A stretch of 64,000 nucleotides of DNA, taken from contig JAFZIK010000016.1 of the NCBI GenBank assembly GCA_017554405.1, positions 2,699-66,698 of the forward strand. Direction: 5' to 3'. The DNA comes from Clostridia bacterium. GTDB lineage: Bacteria > Bacillota > Clostridia > Oscillospirales > Acutalibacteraceae. Below the pieces are notes generated by a model that saw only the letters and a list, made by a program, of their open reading frames with translations, did no database searches and was not told the origin of the DNA. Below, one piece after another: positions 8,495 through 17,395 of this stretch (position 1 is the first letter of the stretch; each line of letters starts with the position of its first letter). Both the position numbers and the translations under genes were made by a program.

Positions 8495-9476
8495 ATCCTC
8501 ATGCGATGAAACAAGCGTTGCGGTAACGAGCGAACGCAAGGTTCTATCAAATATAGTTGCAACCCAAATAGCCGAGCACCGGCTATACGGCGGCGTTGTG
8601 CCGGAGATCGCCTCGCGCCGGCATACCGAGGCGATATCGGGCGTTTGCAAAGCGGCGCTGAGTGAAGCCGGGGTTACCTTCGGCGATATAGACGCGGTGG
8701 CGGTGACCTTCGCGCCCGGGCTTATAGGCGCACTGCTTGTTGGCGTTAACTACGCAAAGGGCTTATCCGCCGCGCTCGGCGTTGAGCTGATACCGGTCCA
8801 CCACCTGCGCGCGCACATCGCGGCAAACTATATAGACAGCGATCTAAAGCCGCCGTTTTTATGCCTTACGGTATCTGGCGGCAACACGATAATCACCGAG
8901 GTCAAGGATTATACCTCTTTTAATCCGATAGGCGGCACTGCCGACGACGCCGCGGGCGAATGCTTCGATAAGGTAGCCCGCGCGCTCGGGCTATCCTACC
9001 CCGGCGGCGTAACGCTTGATAAAATAGCCGCCGCGCCGGACGATAAAGCTTATCCCCTGCCCGTTCCGAAAACCGCGGGCGAATACGATTTCAGTTTTTC
9101 CGGCCTTAAAACCGCGGCGGTCAATCTTATACACAACTATTCACAGCGCGGTGAAGAGATCGACGTGGCGGTCCTTGCGGGCACGCTCAGGCACCGCGTA
9201 TGCGGCATACTTACCGAAAAGACCTTAGCGGCGGCAAGGGCGCTCGGCTATAAGACGCTGGCGCTCGCGGGCGGCGTTTCCGCCAACAGCGAACTGAGAC
9301 AAATGCTTTCTGACGAATGCAAAAAATCAGGTGTCAAGCTTTACCTGCCCGAGCTTAAATACTGCGGCGATAACGCCGCGATGGTAGGCGTGGCGGGTTA
9401 TTACGAATATCTCAGCGGCAACACGGCTACGCTCGATCTTAACGCCGCGGCTACAATGCCCATTGATTACCGATAA
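8475..9476 (+). CDS. tsaD: tRNA N6-adenosine threonylcarbamoyltransferase
   Basis: Kae1/TsaD signature: ILSIESSCDETS, VHHLRAHI, CGDNAAM. Confidence 0.95.
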   Translation: MLILSIESSCDETSVAVTSERKVLSNIVATQIAEHRLYGGVVPEIASRRHTEAISGVCKAALSEAGVTFGDIDAVAVTFAPGLIGALLVGVNYAKGLSAALGVELIPVHHLRAHIAANYIDSDLKPPFLCLTVSGGNTIITEVKDYTSFNPIGGTADDAAGECFDKVARALGLSYPGGVTLDKIAAAPDDKAYPLPVPKTAGEYDFSFSGLKTAAVNLIHNYSQRGEEIDVAVLAGTLRHRVCGILTEKTLAAARALGYKTLALAGGVSANSELRQMLSDECKKSGVKLYLPELKYCGDNAAMVGVAGYYEYLSGNTATLDLNAAATMPIDYR

Positions 9477-9494
9477 TACTTTTGAGGAAATGAT

Positions 9495-10409
9495 ATGAAG
9501 GAAAAAAGACTACTGCTTATTGTGAATCCGATCTCTGGCAAGGCAAAAATGGTATCGAACCTTATGGCGGTCGTGCGGATACTCTCGCAAAACGGATTTG
9601 CCGTAACGGTTTATCCCACCAAGGCGCCGAGCGACGCCACCGATCGTATAAACACCGTAAAAAGCGGCGAATTTGAACGCATAGTGGTTTGCGGTGGCGA
9701 CGGCACGCTTAACGAGGTCATCACCGGCGTTATGCGCAATTCGCTCGACGTAAAGATCGGCTACGTTCCCGCGGGCACGCTCAACGAATGGTCGGCAAGT
9801 CTCAAGATACCCCGCTCGATACCCGAAGCGGCAAAGGCGGCTGCCGGGGACGGCGAAACGCTCCTTGATTTAGGAAAATTCAACGACCGGTATTTTTCAT
9901 ACACCGCATCCTTCGGTGCCTTTACGCAGGCATCCTATTCCACCCCGCAGGGTATAAAAAACATATTCGGGCAAACGGCATACTTTTTTGAGGGGCTAAA
10001 ACTTTTGGGCGATATTCGCCCCTTCCGCTTAAAATTTGAATCGGATGAAAAAACGGTCGAGGACGATTTTATATTCGGGGCGGTCTCAAACTCGTTATCG
10101 GTGGGCGGTATCGTTAAATTCAAAGAAAACACCGTTGATCTGTGCGACGGAATGTTTGAAGTCCTGCTCATTAAAAAAGTTGATAATCTGCTTCAGTTCC
10201 AGAATCTTTTAGACGGCGTGCTGAAGGGCGATTTTACAAGAAAACAAATGATATTTTTCCGCACAAAGAAATTAAAGGTCACCGGCGGTAAGGATATGCC
10301 CTGGACGCTCGACGGCGAATACGCGCCGGGCGGTGAAGATATTACGATAGAAAACATTCCTTCGGCTCTGCACCTTATTACCGAACAGAAGAAAAAAGAA
10401 AGCGAGTAG
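9495..10409 (+). CDS. YegS/DagK-family lipid (diacylglycerol) kinase
   Basis: DAGK catalytic domain motif GGDGTLNEV, with typical size and layout. Confidence 0.85.
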   Translation: MKEKRLLLIVNPISGKAKMVSNLMAVVRILSQNGFAVTVYPTKAPSDATDRINTVKSGEFERIVVCGGDGTLNEVITGVMRNSLDVKIGYVPAGTLNEWSASLKIPRSIPEAAKAAAGDGETLLDLGKFNDRYFSYTASFGAFTQASYSTPQGIKNIFGQTAYFFEGLKLLGDIRPFRLKFESDEKTVEDDFIFGAVSNSLSVGGIVKFKENTVDLCDGMFEVLLIKKVDNLLQFQNLLDGVLKGDFTRKQMIFFRTKKLKVTGGKDMPWTLDGEYAPGGEDITIENIPSALHLITEQKKKESE

Positions 10410-10415
10410 TGAATC

Positions 10416-11435
10416 ATGTTTACAAGAGATATAGGCGTTGACCTCGGCACAGCCAACACTTTGGTTTGCGTTAAAGGCAAGGGTATAATAATGAGAGAGC
10501 CCTCGGTAGTGGCTTACGATATAAGGAACGACGCCGTGCGCGCGGTGGGCAGAGAGGCAAAGGATATGATCGGCAGAACTCCCGGCTCGATAGTTGCGGT
10601 GCGCCCTCTTAAGGACGGCGTTATCGCCGACTTTGACGTTACCGCCGCAATGCTCAAGCGCTTTGTTCGCGAAGCTCTCAAGGGCTCGTTTTTCTCGCGC
10701 GTTCGTATGGTGCTTTGCATACCCTCGGGCGTTACCGAGGTTGAAAGCCGCGCGGTTTACGACGCGGCAAAGCAGGCGGGCGCTACCGATATCGATCTTA
10801 TAGAAGAACCCATGGCGGCGGCGGTGGGCGCGGGGCTTCCCGTATGGGACGCTTCGGGCAATATGGTGGTAGACATCGGCGGCGGAACAAGCGAGGTGGC
10901 GGTAATATCGCTCGGCGATATCGTTACCGCCCAGTCGATACGCGTTGCGGGCGACGATCTTGACGAAGCCATAATTAGCTACATACGCCGTAAACATAAT
11001 CTCCTTATAGGCGAGCGCACAGCCGAACAGATAAAAATAGAGATCGGCTCGGCAAAGGAATACGAGGGCGAGACCTCCATAGAGATCAAGGGCAGAAACC
11101 TTGTTGACGGTCTGCCGAAAAACGTTACGATATCTTCGGCGGAGGTCCGTTCCGCTATGGCGGACACCGTGGCACAGATAATAGAAGTTATCCGCCTTAC
11201 GCTTGAAAAAACGCCGCCCGAGCTTGCGGCGGATATCATAGACCGAGGTATGACCCTTACCGGCGGCAGCGCGCTGCTTCGCGGTCTTGCCGAGCTTATT
11301 GCCGAGGAGACCGGAATGCCCGTTACTATTGCCGCAAATCCGCTTGACTGCGTGGTGCTTGGGACCGCGAAACGCCTTGAGGCGGACAGCGGCTTTGAAA
11401 ACTACGTGTTTAAACGCGGCAAACGATTCAGATAA
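10416..11435 (+). CDS. mreB: Rod shape-determining protein MreB
   Basis: Actin-like ATPase motifs DLGTANT and [12 protein letters not shown], followed by mreC and mreD. Confidence 0.95.
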   Translation: MFTRDIGVDLGTANTLVCVKGKGIIMREPSVVAYDIRNDAVRAVGREAKDMIGRTPGSIVAVRPLKDGVIADFDVTAAMLKRFVREALKGSFFSRVRMVLCIPSGVTEVESRAVYDAAKQAGATDIDLIEEPMAAAVGAGLPVWDASGNMVVDIGGGTSEVAVISLGDIVTAQSIRVAGDDLDEAIISYIRRKHNLLIGERTAEQIKIEIGSAKEYEGETSIEIKGRNLVDGLPKNVTISSAEVRSAMADTVAQIIEVIRLTLEKTPPELAADIIDRGMTLTGGSALLRGLAELIAEETGMPVTIAANPLDCVVLGTAKRLEADSGFENYVFKRGKRFR

Positions 11436-11471
11436 TAAACCTTAAACCCGTTACAAAAGAGGTGCTCGTTT

Positions 11472-12326
11472 ATGCGGTTTTTCTTTAAAAGCCGTCAATT
11501 TAAAATAATAGTCGCCGTAGTGGCGGCGGTCCTCGTTCTTACCGCGACCTTTGCGATAATCGGAAACCGAATGGCTCCGCAGACCGATATCATCGGCTCT
11601 GTAACACAGCCGTTCCGTTCGCTTGCGGCAAGAATAAACGAGGCGATAAACGATATAAAAACCTCATACAGCGGCGGCAACGCGCTTATGATGGAAAACG
11701 CCGAGCTTACCGCGGAAATAGACGAGCTCCGCAAAAAGCTTGCAGATTACGATGAAATGGCGGCGCAGAACGAGGATTACAAAAAGTATCTGAACATAAA
11801 GGACGTTCATCCTGATTTTTCCTTTGCCTCCGCCAATCTTATAGCGCGGGACAGCGATGATATTTACCGCGGTTTTACTATCAACAAGGGTTCCCTTTCG
11901 GGTATCAGCCGGTATGATCCGGTGATAACCGATTCGGGCATTGTGGGCTATATAACCGAGGTAGGGCTGACCTCCTCAAAGGTGACCACTATCCTTAACC
12001 CCCAGATCACTCTGGGCGCCATAGATAAGCGCTCCGGCGATTCGGGAATAATCACAGGAAGCCTTGACCTTGCGAAGGACGGAAAATGCATACTTAAAAA
12101 TTTAGCGCGTTCAAGCTCGGTCGCGGTGGGCGATTATATCTCGACCTCGGGCGAGGGCATTTTCCCCGGCGACCTGCTTATAGGTTCGATAGAGTATATC
12201 GGGACCGACAGCATAAATTCCTCCATTTACGCGGAGATCAAACCGTTTGTAAAAATAGATGAGATACGCAGCGTTATGGTAATAACCTCATTCGAGGGTC
12301 AGCTTTCCGAAAGCAAAGGTAATTGA
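11472..12326 (+). CDS. mreC: Rod shape-determining protein MreC
   Basis: An N-terminal TM, a coiled coil (ENAELTAEIDELRKKL) and a beta-rich C-terminal domain (GIVGYITEVG). Synteny supports the call. Confidence 0.85.
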   Translation: MRFFFKSRQFKIIVAVVAAVLVLTATFAIIGNRMAPQTDIIGSVTQPFRSLAARINEAINDIKTSYSGGNALMMENAELTAEIDELRKKLADYDEMAAQNEDYKKYLNIKDVHPDFSFASANLIARDSDDIYRGFTINKGSLSGISRYDPVITDSGIVGYITEVGLTSSKVTTILNPQITLGAIDKRSGDSGIITGSLDLAKDGKCILKNLARSSSVAVGDYISTSGEGIFPGDLLIGSIEYIGTDSINSSIYAEIKPFVKIDEIRSVMVITSFEGQLSESKGN

Positions 12327-12328
12327 CC

Positions 12329-12844
12329 ATGAAGAAAAACCGAAAAGCCCTTCTTATAGCTTTGCTCAACGCCGCGATATTCTTTATCCTGCTTCTCTTT
12401 CATTACAGCGGCGCTTCAATAAAGATAGCCGGCGCCAACCCGATATCGGCATTGGCTTTACTTGTTGCGGTCATTATGTTTTCAAGCGAGCTTACCGGCG
12501 TTTGCGCGGGTATCCTTACCGGGATAGTGATGGACGGCGTTGCCGCCACTCCCGCGGGGTTCAACACGGTGGTGCTTATGCTTCTTTCGTTTGCCGCCGC
12601 GATACTTTCCCACTACATTTTTAACCGCAACGTTCAGTCCGCGGCCACTTTATGCCTTTTATTCACCGTGGTATACTATATAGCAAGGTGGCTCGTTACC
12701 TTTGCCTTCGCGGGCGATCTTGAGGGCGGCTTCAATTATCTTATCGTTACCGCCGCTCCGAGCGCCGTTTATACCACCTTGTTTATCATTCCGTTCTACT
12801 ATCTCCAAAAATATCTTTTTTCTAAAATAAACAGTGTGAGGTGA
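12329..12844 (+). CDS. mreD: Rod shape-determining protein MreD
   Basis: A small polytopic membrane protein directly after mreC. I prefer ATG 12329 over TTG 12323. Confidence 0.7.
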   Translation: MKKNRKALLIALLNAAIFFILLLFHYSGASIKIAGANPISALALLVAVIMFSSELTGVCAGILTGIVMDGVAATPAGFNTVVLMLLSFAAAILSHYIFNRNVQSAATLCLLFTVVYYIARWLVTFAFAGDLEGGFNYLIVTAAPSAVYTTLFIIPFYYLQKYLFSKINSVR

Positions 12845-12848
12845 TACC

Positions 12849-14822
12849 GTGCCTTTTACAAAAAAACGCCAGCCGGCGCTTAATATACTGTCGCTCATCC
12901 TTGCCCTGGTTTTGATCCTTTATATATCCCGCATTTACAAGATCCAGGTGGTCGACGCCGACAAGTATTCCTCCTTTGCGCGGGGCAGCGCCTCGGTGCG
13001 GACCACGGTTTTAAAGGCGTCCCGCGGGGAGATACTCGACCGCTACGGTCGCCAGATCGCCGCCAACCGCGACGGTTACAACATTGTTTTCAACAAAGCA
13101 TATATAAAGGACAATATCAACGACGTTATTCTTGAACTGGTAAGGCTTTCAAACGAATACGGCTGTGAATATATAGATAAACTGCCCATACAGAAAACCG
13201 CACCCTACGCCTTCACCGGCGAAAGCACCGATAAAATGCTTTCGGCTTTAGGGCTTGCCCATTTTGCGACAAGCGAGGACTGCTTTAAGCGGATGATCGA
13301 AAAATATTCGCTTCAGAACTACTCCGCCGAGGATCAGCGCGCCATAATGGCGGCAAGATACGGTATGGATATATCCGATTTTTCGGTTTCATACCCTTAC
13401 ACATTTGCCGAGGATATATCTACGGAGCTTATGCGCAAGGTCTCTGAAAGAAACCTGTTTTTAGACGGTGTTTCGGTAGATATCGTGCCGTTCAGGCAGT
13501 ATGCCGATACCTCGCTTGCGGTAAACCTTATCGGAACGGTCGGTCCCATATACGAGGAGGACTGGCAGACCTACAAGGAAAAGGGCTATTCGTATAACGA
13601 TAAGGTAGGCAAAAGCGGTATCGAGCTTTGGGCGGAGGATTATCTTCACGGCACCGACGGCGAGGTCACCTACTACATCGATAAAAAAGGCAATATCATA
13701 GACAGCGAAATAACAAAGGCGCCGGTAGCCGGGAAAACCATAGTTCTGACCCTTGACCGCAAAATACAGCGCCAGACCCAGGATCTGCTCGAGACCGCGG
13801 TAAGGGATCTTCGCTCCCGCGGAGGCACCGCAACGGCGGGAAGCGCGGTGGTGATAGACGTTAACACCGGCGGCGTTATCTGCGCCGCAAACTATCCCAC
13901 CTACGATACCGCCACGCTATCCGAAAACTATAACAATCTGTTGAACGATAAATCAAGGCCGCTTACGAACAGGGCTTTTCAGGGCGTTTACCCGATCGGC
14001 TCCACCATAAAACCGATAGTCGCCACCGCGGCGCTTGAAACCGGCAAATATCATATTGGCGACGTTGTCCGATGCGTTCAGGTATATAACTATTTTGCCG
14101 ACTATAAACCGAAGTGTATGCACTACCACGGCGTTATGGACCTTAAGAACGCCCTTTCAAAGAGCTGCAACTACTTCTTTTTCGATCTCGGGCGCAGGGT
14201 GGGCGCGACCACCCTTACCGACTATTTCAAGCAGTTCGGTTTAGGCGTTAAAACGGGCGTTGAGGTGGATGACAGCGCCGGTATACTCGTGGTCCCCGAA
14301 AACGATAACTTCGGCGGCGATACCCTGCAGATATCGATAGGCCAGCTTAACGCCTTTACTCCGCTTCAAATGGCAAACTACGTTGCAACCTTTGCAAACG
14401 GCGGAACACACTACCGGGCAACGCTCATAAACAAGATCGTTTCCTACGACCTTAAAGAGGTTTACAGCGAGAATCAGCCGGAGGTTTTAAACACCGTATC
14501 AATAAAGGATGAAAACATCCGCGCCATTAAGGAAGGTATGCTTTCGGTTACGGTAGACGGAACCGGCAGGGCGGCGCTCGGCGATTACCCGATAAAGATA
14601 GGCGGCAAGACCGGGACCTCGCAGACCAACAGCGGCGCCGACCACAGCACCTTTATCGTTTTCGCCCCTTACGATAACCCGCAAATAGCCATATCGGTAG
14701 TGCTCGAACACGGACATTCAAGTTACACCTCGGGTAATATCGTAAGAAGCATTCTTGATTTCTGCTTTTTCCCCGAAGATAACAGCGCAAACGATCAGAC
14801 GCCTTATACTGTTCTTAATTGA
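12849..14822 (+). CDS. mrdA: Penicillin-binding protein 2 (class B transpeptidase)
   Basis: GTG start after the RBS GAGGTG. Motifs STIKP (SxxK), SKSCN (SxN) and KTGT are present, with an N-terminal TM anchor. Confidence 0.9.
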   Translation: MPFTKKRQPALNILSLILALVLILYISRIYKIQVVDADKYSSFARGSASVRTTVLKASRGEILDRYGRQIAANRDGYNIVFNKAYIKDNINDVILELVRLSNEYGCEYIDKLPIQKTAPYAFTGESTDKMLSALGLAHFATSEDCFKRMIEKYSLQNYSAEDQRAIMAARYGMDISDFSVSYPYTFAEDISTELMRKVSERNLFLDGVSVDIVPFRQYADTSLAVNLIGTVGPIYEEDWQTYKEKGYSYNDKVGKSGIELWAEDYLHGTDGEVTYYIDKKGNIIDSEITKAPVAGKTIVLTLDRKIQRQTQDLLETAVRDLRSRGGTATAGSAVVIDVNTGGVICAANYPTYDTATLSENYNNLLNDKSRPLTNRAFQGVYPIGSTIKPIVATAALETGKYHIGDVVRCVQVYNYFADYKPKCMHYHGVMDLKNALSKSCNYFFFDLGRRVGATTLTDYFKQFGLGVKTGVEVDDSAGILVVPENDNFGGDTLQISIGQLNAFTPLQMANYVATFANGGTHYRATLINKIVSYDLKEVYSENQPEVLNTVSIKDENIRAIKEGMLSVTVDGTGRAALGDYPIKIGGKTGTSQTNSGADHSTFIVFAPYDNPQIAISVVLEHGHSSYTSGNIVRSILDFCFFPEDNSANDQTPYTVLN

Positions 14823-14870
14823 CAGCACCGGCGTTTTATGGTAAAATTAGTTGATTTGAGAGGTGATAAT

Positions 14871-15596
14871 ATGGGCATTACGGTCTGCACGGTATCCGGA
14901 AAGGGCGGAACAGGCAAATCCACCGTTTCCTCCGGCCTTGCGATAGCGGCGGCTTCGCTTCAGAAGAAAGTTTTGCTCATAGACCTCGACGCGGGTCTTC
15001 CCTGCCTTGATATTATTTTCGGTATCGAAGAAAAGGTGGTGTTTGACCTCGGCGACGCGCTCGAGGCGCTCGATCTTCAAAAAGCGGTATATCCGGCGGC
15101 AAATTATCCGGGCATCGACGTGATACCCGCCCCCGCAAAAGCCGGGAGTATCGATTTCCTGCGGCTTTACAAATGCGTTCAAAGCGCGCGGCAGTATTAC
15201 GATTACGTTATCCTTGATTTTCCGGCGGGCGTTGATTTTGATAACTACAACCTGTTTGGCTTCGCGGTCTTCCTGATAGTATCGGGGGCGGACGGCGTAT
15301 CGACCCGTGACGCCGCGGCAATATCGGGCGGGATAAAATCGGAAACAGAGCCGCGGCTTATAATAAACCGGTTCGATATCGATATGATAAAAGGCGGCTT
15401 TTATAAAAATATCGACGGCATAATAGATGCTTCGCTCACACGGCTTATAGGCATTGTCCCGGCAGACGGCGAACTTTTGCTTCTTAGCCGTAATCATAAA
15501 CTTAAACCCAAAGGCAGAGCGGCGCGGGCGTTTTTAAGAATACTTAAACGCGTTTCGGGTGAGAGCGTTCCCCTGCCCAAGCTTAAAAAAATCTAA
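14871..15596 (+). CDS. MinD/ParA-family P-loop ATPase
   Basis: Deviant Walker A motif SGKGGTGKST. ATG 14871 follows the RBS GAGAGGTGA. There is no minC or minE next to it. Confidence 0.7.
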   Translation: MGITVCTVSGKGGTGKSTVSSGLAIAAASLQKKVLLIDLDAGLPCLDIIFGIEEKVVFDLGDALEALDLQKAVYPAANYPGIDVIPAPAKAGSIDFLRLYKCVQSARQYYDYVILDFPAGVDFDNYNLFGFAVFLIVSGADGVSTRDAAAISGGIKSETEPRLIINRFDIDMIKGGFYKNIDGIIDASLTRLIGIVPADGELLLLSRNHKLKPKGRAARAFLRILKRVSGESVPLPKLKKI

Positions 15597-15615
15597 TAGT
15601 TGAAAGGAAACAAAA

Positions 15616-16017
15616 ATGACTATTGCACTTATAGCGCACGACGCCAAAAAAGAACTGATGGTGCAGTTTTGCATTGCATACTGCGGAATACTGAGCCACC
15701 ACACTCTTGTTGCAACCGGCACCACCGGCAAGACCGTATCCGAAGCGACCGGCCTTAAGATAAACAAGTTTCTGGCGGGATCGCAGGGCGGCTCTCAGCA
15801 GATAGCTTCAAGGATCGGCTGTGATGAGATCGATATGTTACTGCTTTTCCGCGACCCGCTAAAGCCGAAACCGCACGAGCCGGACGAGGCTTCGCTTTTG
15901 CGGCTTTGCGACGTTCATAACATCCCCGTAGCCACAAATATCGCCACCGCCGAAATGCTCATTCACGGGCTTGAGCGCGGCGATCTTGACTGGCGCGAAA
16001 TAGTTAAAAATTCTTGA
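15616..16017 (+). CDS. mgsA: Methylglyoxal synthase
   Basis: Motifs IALIAHDAKK, LVATGTTG and the MGS-like fold motifs. 133 aa. Confidence 0.9.
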   Translation: MTIALIAHDAKKELMVQFCIAYCGILSHHTLVATGTTGKTVSEATGLKINKFLAGSQGGSQQIASRIGCDEIDMLLLFRDPLKPKPHEPDEASLLRLCDVHNIPVATNIATAEMLIHGLERGDLDWREIVKNS

Positions 16018-16033
16018 TATCGGAGAAACTGAA

Positions 16034-17353
16034 ATGTCTGAAATAAACCGTGCCGTTAAAGGCACGAACGATATACTCCCCGGCGAATCGTATAAATACA
16101 GGTTCGCCGAAGAGACTATGCTTGATATCGCGTCCCTTTACGGTTTTAAGGAGATACGCGTTCCGGTATTCGAGCACACCGAGGTTTTCAGCCGCAACGT
16201 AGGCGAGAATACCGACGTTGTTCAGAAGGAAATGTATACCTTCCTTGATAAGGGCAACCGCTCTATAACCCTGCGCCCCGAGTTTACCGCCGGCGTTGTC
16301 AGGAGCGTTATCGAGCACGGCGTTTTAAACGATGCCCTGCCGGCAAAGGTATGCTACCTCGGCGGTTGCTACCGTTACGAAAAACCCCAGGCGGGCAGGC
16401 AGCGCGAATTCCACCAGTTCGGCGTTGAATGCTTCGGCGCGCCTTCCCCTTCGGCGGACGCGGAGGTCATCGCCCTTGCGCGGCAGATACTTTTAGAACT
16501 CGGAATAAAGGACGTTAAGCTTAAAATAAATTCGATAGGGTGCGCCAAGTGCCGCACGGATTATACCGCGGCGCTGAAGGAGTATTTCGGGAAGCACACC
16601 GATTCCCTTTGCGATACCTGCAACGAAAGACTAAATCGCAACCCGCTTCGTATACTCGATTGCAAGTCGCCGGTATGCTCGGCTATAGCGGCAAAAGCGC
16701 CTAAAATAACCGATTATCTCTGCGAGGATTGCAGGTCGCATTTTGAGGGTCTTAAATCAATACTTGACGCTCAGGGTATTACATACGAGGTCGACCCGTT
16801 TATCGTTCGGGGACTCGATTATTACAACAAGACCGTTTTTGAGTTTATATCGGACGCTTTAGGCGCACAGTCTACCGTTTGCGGCGGCGGCAGATACGAC
16901 GGGCTCATAGCTCAAATGGGCGGCAAGGATACCCCGGCGCTCGGCTTCGGGCTCGGTATCGAGCGGCTTATGATAATACTCGAGAGTTTAGGCGCCAATA
17001 TCCCGCCCGAGAAAAAATGCTTTTTATACGTTGCCCCGATAGGCGACAGGGCGGGCATAGAAGCCGCAAAGATATGCGCGGTCATGCGCGAAAACGGTTA
17101 CGAAGCGGTAAGCGACCTTTGCGGGCGTTCGCTTAAAGCCCAGATGAAATACGCCGATAAAATCGGCGCTCTTTATACCATGGTGCTGGGCGACGACGAG
17201 CTGGCTTCCGGCAAAGCGGCGCTCAAGAATATGGCTACCGGAAAAACCGATATATGCGATATTAAAAACGTTACCGATTGCGTAGACGAAATAATACGCC
17301 GCGAGGCGCTCGCGTCGCTTGAGGAATCGGTGTTTAAAGGCGAAAAAATCTGA
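16034..17353 (+). CDS. hisS: Histidine--tRNA ligase
   Basis: Class II aaRS motifs are present, with HisRS-specific RPEFT and GGGRYDGL. Confidence 0.95.
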   Translation: MSEINRAVKGTNDILPGESYKYRFAEETMLDIASLYGFKEIRVPVFEHTEVFSRNVGENTDVVQKEMYTFLDKGNRSITLRPEFTAGVVRSVIEHGVLNDALPAKVCYLGGCYRYEKPQAGRQREFHQFGVECFGAPSPSADAEVIALARQILLELGIKDVKLKINSIGCAKCRTDYTAALKEYFGKHTDSLCDTCNERLNRNPLRILDCKSPVCSAIAAKAPKITDYLCEDCRSHFEGLKSILDAQGITYEVDPFIVRGLDYYNKTVFEFISDALGAQSTVCGGGRYDGLIAQMGGKDTPALGFGLGIERLMIILESLGANIPPEKKCFLYVAPIGDRAGIEAAKICAVMRENGYEAVSDLCGRSLKAQMKYADKIGALYTMVLGDDELASGKAALKNMATGKTDICDIKNVTDCVDEIIRREALASLEESVFKGEKI

Positions 17354-17395
17354 TATTGCGGGCATTTTGCCGCCCGCACAAGAGGTGTTTATAAA

